64,000 bases of DNA from a virus (taxonomy: Duplodnaviria; Caudoviricetes): the IMG/VR virus record IMGVR_UViG_3300028581_000010, one strand, 5' to 3'. Within the stretch, counting starts at the first letter, position 1. Each line of letters opens with the position of its first letter. A program made the translations under genes and the position numbers. Below the pieces are notes generated by a model that saw nothing but the letters and a program-made list of their open reading frames with translations, searched no databases and was not told the DNA's origin. Shown here piece after piece: positions 27,397 to 35,853 of the stretch.

Positions 27397-28496
27397 GGTT
27401 CTAACAGTTTATGTTTCAGTTCGTCGAGTACGGATTTGGGGTCCTCGGTGCCAAGCATTCTGTGCAGGGCATCGTAGAGCATATCCGGCTCGCTCGTGGG
27501 TTTAACCAACTCTTTCAGCACCGCGGTAATGCGGTCACCTGTCTTGAGCTCGGAGCGTATGTTGATTAGCTCCGCACCCAGTGCGCTGTCGTCCTTTATG
27601 CGACTCATCTTTACAAAGCCGTATTCATACAGGAAGTCCAGGCGCCCTGCTACGTTGACTCCGTGCAGCAGGCATAGAAAGACCGGTCTATTGGCCTCTC
27701 CAGTATACTCTGCAAAGTCTTGCTCTGTAACCTTTTGCAGATACTCTTCAGTCACGTCTATGCGGACAAACTTTCTAGGCAGCTCGTAGTCAATCAGGTT
27801 CAGCGTCTCGCCGTTCCAGTAATACAAACCCTCCTTGTTAGTCTCGTTCGAGGCTGTTACGCCAAGCGAGCCGCAGTAGCCTGCAAATATCTGCTTGTCG
27901 CAGTTTGTGTCGAAGAACTTCGTCTCCTTGCGAATGTGTATGTCCCCCAACATCAGCCCTACCAGTGACTCACAATGATTGGAAAAGTCCATGTCTTTCA
28001 TGGAGATCTTCTTCTTGTCGTCACAGAAGGGCCAAAGCTCGGGAAGCTGTGCGTGCAGAAATACAAACCTTACTGTGTTGTTAGGTCTGCTGTTCAAAGT
28101 GTTGTTGAGCTCCTCTAGAACAACGGCTGGATTGTCGTTGTAGTTTACACCGACGAAGCTCTGGTGCCCATCGGAGATATTCTCGAAGCCGCAGATCTTC
28201 TCCCAGGTGACGCCGTGCACCGCCTTGGAGTGGTCTCCGCAGATGGCCAGCGGTTTAATACCGGCCTGCTTCAAGCGTACTAGCTCTGAGCGCACGAAGT
28301 CCACGAGCTCGGAGGTAGGCTCGTTGTCGTCGAACAGATCTCCAACGGAGATCAAATAGTCTACCTTAAGTTCTATCGCAGTGTCCACCACTTGAGAGAA
28401 AAGCGACCTGTTATCCTGCTCCAGCTCAGGAATGTTGTACAGCTTTGCTCCCAGATGCTCGTCTGCGAACGCTATGAAGCGTGGGTTGTCTGTCAT
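27375..28496 (-). CDS. sbcD: SbcD/Mre11/gp47 nuclease
   Basis: ADEHLG, GDLFD, GDH, LHA and GDIH motifs. Confidence 0.92.
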   Translation of the reverse strand: MTDNPRFIAFADEHLGAKLYNIPELEQDNRSLFSQVVDTAIELKVDYLISVGDLFDDNEPTSELVDFVRSELVRLKQAGIKPLAICGDHSKAVHGVTWEKICGFENISDGHQSFVGVNYNDNPAVVLEELNNTLNSRPNNTVRFVFLHAQLPELWPFCDDKKKISMKDMDFSNHCESLVGLMLGDIHIRKETKFFDTNCDKQIFAGYCGSLGVTASNETNKEGLYYWNGETLNLIDYELPRKFVRIDVTEEYLQKVTEQDFAEYTGEANRPVFLCLLHGVNVAGRLDFLYEYGFVKMSRIKDDSALGAELINIRSELKTGDRITAVLKELVKPTSEPDMLYDALHRMLGTEDPKSVLDELKHKLLEPCTEQEI

Positions 28497-29044
28497 TATA
28501 TTGGTAATTTGCGGTGTTCCGCCTCGTGCTCGAGTTTGCTAGCTTTCTCCTGTGCTTTCTTGGCGACCATAAGCTCCTCTGTTGCTCTGCTTAGCATATC
28601 TTCGAGCTCCTCGATTTTTCTCTGTTCCGGTGAGCGTATGTCCAGCACACCGGAGTATACCCGCAGCCCATTGGTGGCTGTTGTTACCATACCTGTGGTA
28701 ACCCCAAATCCGTCATACTGACCTGGCTCCGACCACTGCACAAACCTATCTCCGTTGGCGTTGATATACGTTACCTCATTGGTCTGCATCCAGTTCATAG
28801 GAGCCGGAATAGTAACGTTCGCTGTTACCACATTATTCACCACGTTCATCATGGACTGATCTATCTCCACACCAGTGACCTCGGTCATGGCTTCTGCTGT
28901 TTGTGCGCGCACGTCGACCGTATTCGGCTGGCCTATATAAGGGCGCAATCGTTCTTGTAGTGCCTCTTCTATCACTTGCAGATAACCCTGCGGTTGCTCT
29001 TCGTTCATATCCGCTGATACTATACACAGCCCGACGGCTGTCAA
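28496..29044 (-). CDS. hypothetical protein
   Basis: Abuts sbcD. Confidence 0.55.
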   Translation of the reverse strand: MTAVGLCIVSADMNEEQPQGYLQVIEEALQERLRPYIGQPNTVDVRAQTAEAMTEVTGVEIDQSMMNVVNNVVTANVTIPAPMNWMQTNEVTYINANGDRFVQWSEPGQYDGFGVTTGMVTTATNGLRVYSGVLDIRSPEQRKIEELEDMLSRATEELMVAKKAQEKASKLEHEAEHRKLPI

Positions 29045-29046
29045 GA

Positions 29047-29430
29047 TTAAACAGGCAGTCTTCTGACTGTTTCCTCTGCTCCGGCAGGAGAATCTTCTAC
29101 GTTCTTCTTGCCAGCTTGTTTCATACGTCTTTCGCTATCCTTGGCCGCAGCCAGAATAGCGGGAAAGCCAGGTATGTCTAACGCGGCTCCTTGTCTGACC
29201 TGATCGTAGCCTTCCCGCGTCTTGGAGGCCACGATGCTGTTGAACTCTGCCAATGCAGCAGCATATGAACTCGTCGTAAGCTTAAGCTGCTTGATGAGGT
29301 TCTTCATAGCACGCTTGCCGTAGTTGGCATAGACGTAGTACGCGTCGTCCACCTGCAGCAATTCGACGATATAAACTTTATCGCTACTACCTGCCTTGTA
29401 ATGCAGTATTTCTAGTTTCTTGTGTTTCAT
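29047..29430 (-). CDS. WGR-domain protein
   Basis: SSDKVY..V...YGKR....A..EFN....K.REGY. Confidence 0.85.
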   Translation of the reverse strand: MKHKKLEILHYKAGSSDKVYIVELLQVDDAYYVYANYGKRAMKNLIKQLKLTTSSYAAALAEFNSIVASKTREGYDQVRQGAALDIPGFPAILAAAKDSERRMKQAGKKNVEDSPAGAEETVRRLPV

Positions 29431-29671
29431 CCGCTTCGAGTTGCTTGTTTAGGTAATTGCGCTCGATAAGAATCAGGGAGGCACGATCTGTGTGCCTCCC
29501 GATTTCCACACCATCCTTCGTGGTAGCCACCCATTCCTGGGCGACCTCATCGAACTCTATATCTGACACGCGGCGCACTTCTCTGCGCCCTAGAACACCA
29601 AGCTTGTCGAAAAGCTCGTCTGACAGTCCAGTAATGTTCCCCTCGGTGTCGATGTAGAGAGTCGACTCCAT
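29387..29671 (-). CDS. conserved small protein of the Ycf46-associated module
   Basis: LYID.EG.I.GL..E....LG...VRRVS.IEFD...QEW pattern, recalled from neighbourhoods of this module. Confidence 0.55.
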   Translation of the reverse strand: MESTLYIDTEGNITGLSDELFDKLGVLGRREVRRVSDIEFDEVAQEWVATTKDGVEIGRHTDRASLILIERNYLNKQLEADETQETRNTALQGR

Positions 29672-29871
29672 TAGATTCTTATGCCGTCCGGCTTAACCTC
29701 TACAGGCTCGTTGTATTCCTCTGTGAACTTCCTCGAGGATTCGTCTGGTATGCCCATACGCTTCTCGAGCGGGGCTGTAAAGTCAGCGCAGCCCTCGCCA
29801 AAGCCTTCCAGCTTATCAATCGACAGGTTGCCTTCCTTGTCGATTGTGAACTCACCGTATTTATCAGACAT
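29671..29871 (-). CDS. DUF2997 family protein
   Basis: FTIDKEGNL..EGF.G.GC...T..LE..MG. Confidence 0.8.
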   Translation of the reverse strand: MSDKYGEFTIDKEGNLSIDKLEGFGEGCADFTAPLEKRMGIPDESSRKFTEEYNEPVEVKPDGIRI

Positions 29872-30133
29872 AGGTCATGGTGCTGCGCAAGAACTTGCCC
29901 GAGGGATTCTCGTACTTGAACTTGATGTTCACGGTGTGCACCTTCCGCCCTGGGCAGTTCACGACATACGTGACGCGTGCTGTGGCTGTGTCCTCTTCGT
30001 CCGGGACCGGATGAATTGCCGCATACGGAATGCGGAGCTCATCAGGCGGAGGATTGTTCTCCCGATACAGTGTGTTGTACAAAGACCGGGCCATTACTGA
30101 TTTGATTTGATCAAACGTTAGCGTTTTTTTCAT
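29864..30133 (-). CDS. hypothetical protein
   Basis: Packed in the operon. Confidence 0.55.
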   Translation of the reverse strand: MKKTLTFDQIKSVMARSLYNTLYRENNPPPDELRIPYAAIHPVPDEEDTATARVTYVVNCPGRKVHTVNIKFKYENPSGKFLRSTMTYV

Positions 30134-30773
30134 GATGTTCTGCTGTTGCGTTTAAGGTTACTCTGTCGATGCCCCATCTCTGGGCAATATCCGTCTTCTC
30201 CGGAATATAATTCAGCTGCAGGCAGGCCTCCTTACACAGCGTCCTGCGCCAGCCGTGGCCTGTGCCGTCGTTGGGTAGGCACAGGGCAGTATTTGATGCG
30301 CCTGTGACCTCGCAGGTAAATGAGGCTTTGCGCTCATAATGGTCTAAGACTGCCCGAAAGATCGGATATATCTCCTTTGGTAGATGGTGGTTTCCCTGCC
30401 ACACCATACTCCCGAACTTCTCCTTGAAGATGAACCCGTGAATGTAGTATTCCTGCGGGGAGGTCGCAGAAGGCAACCCACAGGCGGGCTGACCGCGTAC
30501 AAGCTCTATAAGCGTAGATAGTTGTTCGGAGAGGTCGGCTGCTATGGGAAGCCAACCCGCACCAAACTCAAAGCCATATCTCAGGTTGACGTAGCTGCCA
30601 TCCTGCTGCATCTTTGCAGCCACTGCCGCACCGAGAATGGTCTCTATCTGCGTGTCCATCTCGGTGTAGATCAATGGGTTGTCCTCTACAATCTTGCGCC
30701 CTGCCTCGGCCAGGTGTATCTTGTCAAACTCAATCATACGGCTAAGCCCGCGCGATAACTTTAAGCTTTCCAT
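30111..30773 (-). CDS. phage hypothetical protein (GW...KEKFG...CE.TG...GW.RTLC type)
   Basis: Motif pattern common in phage hypothetical proteins. Confidence 0.6.
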   Translation of the reverse strand: MESLKLSRGLSRMIEFDKIHLAEAGRKIVEDNPLIYTEMDTQIETILGAAVAAKMQQDGSYVNLRYGFEFGAGWLPIAADLSEQLSTLIELVRGQPACGLPSATSPQEYYIHGFIFKEKFGSMVWQGNHHLPKEIYPIFRAVLDHYERKASFTCEVTGASNTALCLPNDGTGHGWRRTLCKEACLQLNYIPEKTDIAQRWGIDRVTLNATAEHHEKNANV

Positions 30774-31128
30774 TTGGAAGCTCCTGTATCTCGCAGCTCA
30801 TCTCCTGCTCTCGCAGGAACTTCTTGAGCTCGAGCTTTGTGTAACCCTGCTTGACCTTGCTGAGACCGTTGCCCAGCTGACGCTCGATGGAGGCATCCCA
30901 CGGATCGTACTTGAACGATGCGCAGCCGTCCTCCATGTTAACACCTATGTCGAACTTGCCCGCAGGGTTAATTGCGACCAGGTCATAGGTCAGTGTGCCG
31001 GCTACGTCCGAGGAATACATTCTTGCCTTGGAGTTAACCGCAAACTTTGTCCATCCGCTCTCGGCGAATGCCTTCTTAAGCACTTCTATATTTTTGAATT
31101 GTGTCTTTACTGCTACAGCGTGACTCAT
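30742..31128 (-). CDS. DUF1257/Ycf35 family protein
   Basis: MSHAVAVKTQFKNIEVLKKA..D..W..Q.Y..G pattern. Confidence 0.82.
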   Translation of the reverse strand: MSHAVAVKTQFKNIEVLKKAFAESGWTKFAVNSKARMYSSDVAGTLTYDLVAINPAGKFDIGVNMEDGCASFKYDPWDASIERQLGNGLSKVKQGYTKLELKKFLREQEMSCEIQELPNGKLKVIARA

Positions 31129-31436
31129 AGTATTTTGATCTGGTCGTATGTTTGTTTGACCTGAACACTCAGCTTGATTATGTCTTTTGTGGCGAAGCTC
31201 TTCTCGATCAACGCCGTGAACTCCGCGCAAGATAGCTTGATCGGAGGTACATCTTGATTGGCGGACTTGATGCAGATCTCGTCCAACTCGGCGTTTACAG
31301 AGAAGATGTCTCCGTTAGCCACTTCACAATATGGTAGTATCGTCGGCGTTGTGTCGCCCCTGAACCACACGTATAACATGTCGTTCTGGGGCGTATCGGC
31401 CAACGTATCACCTGATTCGAATTCGTTCATTTCCAT
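31125..31436 (-). CDS. hypothetical protein
   Basis: Packed in the operon. Confidence 0.5.
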   Translation of the reverse strand: MEMNEFESGDTLADTPQNDMLYVWFRGDTTPTILPYCEVANGDIFSVNAELDEICIKSANQDVPPIKLSCAEFTALIEKSFATKDIIKLSVQVKQTYDQIKIL

Positions 31437-31439
31437 GGT

Positions 31440-32447
31440 TTAAACCGCAAGTCTTCTGAAGTACTCACCAGAGATGTCTCTGACATCCGACAAGTCCTCG
31501 GCTTCTTTGATCAGGTCTTCAAGGTGAGTGCGCAGTACAACTGCTGCTTCCTTGTCGTCCTGTACCGCACTGTCCTTGGTCAACAGCGTCTCAATCTCGT
31601 TGAGCTTGTTGTTGATCTTTGTGTCCTCCACAAAGTTGAGAGTGCGAAACTCGGATATGTGCTGTAGCAGCGTCTTTACGCTGGCCTCGGAGGCTACCTC
31701 CTTTTTCTTTAGCTTGTCTACAACAACCGTGCAGTGCTCGACTACCTTGCCGCGCAGTTCTGCAACAACGTCCGCAACGAACGTATTGATCTTGCCCAGG
31801 TGGTTATCCAGCTGCTCCTGGTAGATGTCGGCGTACTTAGCCTGCTCCTCCTGCTTGGCCTGGTCGGCTGCGCGCTCTCTGTCGATCTCCTTGTGGACAT
31901 CAACAGCAGCGAACTCCGTAGGCATTGCAATCTCGTAGGAGATGATCTCGAAGTAGAACTTGGTCCGGACGTCTTCCTTGGAAGGATAGAGTGTGTCCAG
32001 TGCGCCTACGTCGACGAGCTTGGAGTTGTTCTTGTAGAAGTCGATCGCCTCTTTCTTGTAGTCTTCGTACTTCTCAACGAACTCATCTACAAGGGCGTAG
32101 AACTCATTCTTGTATTTCTCCAGCTCCTTATACACTGCAAGGAACATCTTCTTGGATACGAAGTGCGACTGAGGTACCGTAGGCAACCTGTGAGAGTTGC
32201 CATATAGGTAGTTGCGCGCCCGTCCCTGAAGGCTCTTGAACTTGTTGTATACTTCCGGCTTGATCAGCATCTTCTTACCTAGCTTGATCACATCCGGAAG
32301 CTTGTTGTCCAGCTTGATATCACCCTCTGTGAGGGAGTAACTCATCCCCCACATACCGATGCTGACGCAGACCAGCTTTCCATCCTGGAATAGGCGGTCG
32401 TAATACTTCTGTAATGTCTTAGTCGTATCCTGTTGGATATCTATCAT
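31440..32447 (-). CDS. DUF3150-like protein
   Basis: ..FYALVDEFVEKYEDY...YPSKEDVRTKFYFEI pattern. Confidence 0.6.
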   Translation of the reverse strand: MIDIQQDTTKTLQKYYDRLFQDGKLVCVSIGMWGMSYSLTEGDIKLDNKLPDVIKLGKKMLIKPEVYNKFKSLQGRARNYLYGNSHRLPTVPQSHFVSKKMFLAVYKELEKYKNEFYALVDEFVEKYEDYKKEAIDFYKNNSKLVDVGALDTLYPSKEDVRTKFYFEIISYEIAMPTEFAAVDVHKEIDRERAADQAKQEEQAKYADIYQEQLDNHLGKINTFVADVVAELRGKVVEHCTVVVDKLKKKEVASEASVKTLLQHISEFRTLNFVEDTKINNKLNEIETLLTKDSAVQDDKEAAVVLRTHLEDLIKEAEDLSDVRDISGEYFRRLAV

Positions 32448-32947
32448 GATATGTCTATTTTGAGTTGGCGCATGGTTTCCTCGAAGCTCTCTGCTTGCCC
32501 CTCGGTTGTGACCATGACGAGCTTGCCTCTGGCGCGCTTGCGCATGACGTCGAGATCCTCGGCGTGTGAGGCTGCGAATGGAATGAACGACCCCAGCGTA
32601 TTGATGATGTGCTCATCTTTAACTTCTTTGCCCTCGGAGAAGGCATTGAACATGGAGTCCTTGAATACTTCCTCGATCTCCGCACCTGTGAAGGTGTCTG
32701 TGGAGCGGACGAACTTCTTAATTGAGAAGTCAGCCGGAGAGCGACCATACTTGTTAACGACCACGTCCCAGATCTCCTTGCGGTCCTCGGCAGACGGTAG
32801 ATCCATCCAGAACAGCTGGTCGAATCTTCCCTTACGGATTAGCGCCGGAGGCAGGATTGTGTGGTTGTTGGATGTGGCTACGATGAAGGCCGGGTTATTG
32901 CGGTCGTTGAGCCAGGTCAGAAATGTACCAAATATACGGGAGCTTAC
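32444..32947 (-). CDS. ycf46: Ycf46-like AAA+ ATPase, exon 2
   Basis: VSSRIFGTFLTWL..FIVATSN..LPPALIRKGRFDQLFW.DLP. Confidence 0.9.
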   Translation of the reverse strand, partial: VSSRIFGTFLTWLNDRNNPAFIVATSNNHTILPPALIRKGRFDQLFWMDLPSAEDRKEIWDVVVNKYGRSPADFSIKKFVRSTDTFTGAEIEEVFKDSMFNAFSEGKEVKDEHIINTLGSFIPFAASHAEDLDVMRKRARGKLVMVTTEGQAESFEETMRQLKIDIS

Positions 32948-33081
32948 CAATTATGTTATCTTGCAGGCTTTTTATCCCACAAATCTGCAGCTTGTATTCG
33001 CTGCAGTTCAGCATATCTTTTCAACCCATAAGGTTGCCGAGGACTCGTGGCTAAGTTATATTCCTTCACAGGGTTCATTAG

Positions 33082-33990
33082 CTATGCGTTGCGCGTGTCC
33101 AGCCTTTTATGTCTAGACTTCCGCTCTGATTCCCGTTGCAGGGTTCCAGATTTTTTCCTCAGTTTTACAACAGGAATCTCTTCCTGAAGCGGCCAATATT
33201 GGCAATAACGTTCAAATTTTCTATCTAACCATACGCGAGCATCCTTATACATAAAGTCCATGACGGCCTTGGCTGCTTTTCTTCCACCTTTTGCATAAGT
33301 TTTTACCGCTCCGCATGTAGCAAGTTTTGTTCTAGTGTAGCCCTCGACATGTTGTTCGAAGACATCTTGAAGCATATTTAGGAATTGTTCCGTTCCAATA
33401 ATTGTAAGTCCTGGAGTCTTAGTTGCTGTATTGTACTTCAAACTACCGTCACCGTCAAAGTAACCTCGAATGAAATGCTTGAGTAACTTTGTTGGAACAA
33501 TTTCTGTGCTTGGAAAAACAACTTTCTCTGATTTAGCTGGTATACAGCCTAGTTTGATAAGTTGGTCGGACAGCCCTCTGTGGCATACCCGGAGTCTGCA
33601 ATACTCTTTATACTCGAATTTACGTTTCTTTTTGCAAAACGTAATTCTAGCATCCGGAGCGATCGCTTTCTTAAACTTTTCCAAGTGGTTAAGATCCTTA
33701 CTGTTAAGCTCTATTGAGATTTGTCCGCCACAATTCGAGCCATCTGCATATAAAAATCCTAACCAGTATGCTTTCTCTTCAGAGTCTATTACATCGAAGA
33801 AGTCTTCTACGTATTTATGTGTGGCGTACGCCGTGCATGTTCGTATAGGAATTCCTCTTGAAGTTATGACTCTAGACACCACATTACTGTCGTGCCTGAA
33901 CTTTTTTGCTATTTTTTTGATAGATAACTTGTCTACGTTGTATGCATGCAAGATCTTTTCTTCGTCTATGTTATTACTGTATTGGTTCAT
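33082..33990 (-). CDS. intron-encoded double-motif LAGLIDADG homing endonuclease
   Basis: AYWLGFLYADGS and FIRGYFDGDGS. The 3' end of the ORF runs into the intron core. Confidence 0.95.
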   Translation of the reverse strand: MNQYSNNIDEEKILHAYNVDKLSIKKIAKKFRHDSNVVSRVITSRGIPIRTCTAYATHKYVEDFFDVIDSEEKAYWLGFLYADGSNCGGQISIELNSKDLNHLEKFKKAIAPDARITFCKKKRKFEYKEYCRLRVCHRGLSDQLIKLGCIPAKSEKVVFPSTEIVPTKLLKHFIRGYFDGDGSLKYNTATKTPGLTIIGTEQFLNMLQDVFEQHVEGYTRTKLATCGAVKTYAKGGRKAAKAVMDFMYKDARVWLDRKFERYCQYWPLQEEIPVVKLRKKSGTLQRESERKSRHKRLDTRNA

Positions 33991-33996
33991 ACAGCA

Positions 33997-34024
33997 AACA
34001 TAGCAGATCTTACGCGCTTGTCAA
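33997..34024 (-). promoter_or_regulatory. intron-internal promoter TTGACA-N16-TATGTT (extended TGn)
   Basis: Lies in the first 40 nt of the intron. The LAGLIDADG ATG is 6 nt after the -10. Confidence 0.65.
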
Positions 34025-34035
34025 TACTTTTATCA

Positions 34036-35103
34036 ACCGGTGTCTCCCCTGCCCGATGTAGCGTCTGTGCTAAGGCTTTTCTCTACCTCATCCAGCAGAA
34101 TAACGCACTTGCCAATAGACTCGATGGTCTTGATGAGCTCACGCATGTTGCGCTCGGAGTCACCTACGAGGGACCCGAAGACCTTGCCGATGTCCAGATA
34201 GAACAGCGGGCAGTCGAACTCTTTGGCAATTGCTTTAGCCAACAGCGTCTTACCTGTGCCCGGAACCGAGGCGAGCAGAATGCCCTTCGGTAGAGGTAGC
34301 TTGTAGGCTCGGGCTGCTTTCGAGAATGCTTTCTTACGGGACTCGATCCATTTCTTGAGCCCGCTGAGCCCTCCAACCTGCTTGAAGCTGACGTCTGTCT
34401 CGATGTAGTCCAGCAGTTCTGTCTTCTTGAGCTGTGCGATCTTCTCTGTAAACACTGATGCAACAAACTTGTTGTCGAAGGCCATGTTCTCTACGTAGGC
34501 CATACTGAAGGCGTTCTCTACCTCAACGTGGGTCATGCCCTTGGCGGCCTCCACGGCAGCCTCGCGCACCTCGTTTGTGATGACCAGCTTGTCTTTCTTG
34601 GCGTCTTCCTTGGCTTTATTGACCGACTCCAGAATGAAGTTGAGCCGCTCGTTGATGGCCTCCTCAGTGGGAAGCGCGTAGTCTACGAGCTGTATCTCCT
34701 TCTCGAGCTCGGGAGGTATCGCAAACGTATGGCCAACGAATATGACCATGTTGCTGCGCGCCTTGAGGTTGTTCCAGGCGTTTCTGAACAGCCGAGTGAT
34801 GATAGGCTTGTCGAAGTGCTTGTGAAAGTCCTTCAGAATGAACACACAGTCCGTAGCCTTGTAGCTCTGGAGGTAGCGCAGCAGGTCCGCTGGCACGATA
34901 GTCTCCTCAGGATGCTCGTCGCGGGCACCCTCTGAAATCTCTTGTAGTCCTGTCTGGCAGTCCCATTCATGTATGCGCAGTTGTTTATCCTGCTTCATGA
35001 GGGAGATGATGTCCAGTCGAGCCCGCTGCTCTTCATGCGTCATTACCCATACGGCGGAATATGATGCATTCTTGTAGTTCTTAATCTTTGTTACGAAGTC
35101 CAT
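34036..35103 (-). CDS. ycf46: Ycf46-like AAA+ ATPase, exon 1
   Basis: FKQVGGLSGLKKWI, PKGILLASVPGTGKTL and LLDEVEK. Confidence 0.9.
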
Positions 35104-35548
35104 TAGAGGTGTTGATGATTGATTTGTTACGTTTTATGTTCTCGCAGATATCCGCATTCTGGACGTTAAAGAAACCCAGCATGTCTGATATGACTGCATT
35201 GACTAGCGGCACGTTTTTCTGACGTGCCAGTTTGCGATAGTATGCTACTTCGCTTGCGTACATCCACTTGATAAGCCACAGCGCTGCTGCGTATAGTGGG
35301 TGCTTGGCCAAGGTTTTATCCGGAATCCCGGTTTCTTCAACCGGGAGTTCCAGATCCTTTAGTTCTTCCGCAAACGCTGTTGCGGTTGATAGCCGTCTAC
35401 TGAGCGCCTTGTCCAGGAGCGGCGTTGTCAGTTTTGCCTTAGCGACTCTCTTCTTCGGAGTCTTCTTGATACCTGGCTCAGGCTTTTTCTTGGCCTGGCG
35501 CTTCTTCCGTTCTTTCGAGGTTACTCGTTTTGACGACTTTTCTGTCAT
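35081..35548 (-). CDS. hypothetical protein
   Basis: Overlaps the ycf46 start. Its own start is uncertain. Confidence 0.5.
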   Translation of the reverse strand: MTEKSSKRVTSKERKKRQAKKKPEPGIKKTPKKRVAKAKLTTPLLDKALSRRLSTATAFAEELKDLELPVEETGIPDKTLAKHPLYAAALWLIKWMYASEVAYYRKLARQKNVPLVNAVISDMLGFFNVQNADICENIKRNKSIINTSNGLRNKD

Positions 35549-35853
35549 GTGACTTGCTGACCTGCGTATAGTATTTGTCCTGCAGCTCGTGAGCTGGGAC
35601 GCGGCTATACCGTCTGTTTGAATCTCGCACGACGTAATACTTGACAGTGTTTTCCATAAACCTATTGTAACAGGTCCACAGAAGAGTTCAAATATTATGT
35701 CCTACGAGCTTATAGGTTTGTGAATACTTTGAGCTCCGCCCGCTTTTTCTTCTTGCGTTTGGGCTTAGGATGTAAAATAATGGTGTAGGCTTTAAATGAA
35801 TCACTTACGTAAGTCAGAATTGATTCCGCCACCATGTCCTTAGTTACTAATAT

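Larger units (their letters stand above)
32948..34035 (-). mobile_element. group I intron (1088 nt) in the Ycf46-like ATPase gene
   Basis: Exon 1 ends in U (GGT) and the intron ends in G. Splicing restores GRGDTG|VSSRIFG. Phage-intron core strings are present: GGAAAAAATCTGGAACCCTG, GGGAATCAGAGCGGAAG, AACGCATAG and AAGATATGCTGAACT. Confidence 0.92.

Noticed and set aside
32444-35103. Ycf46 ATPase as a pseudogene or two separate genes
   Set aside because: The break is explained by a group I intron whose removal restores the frame and the conserved motif.
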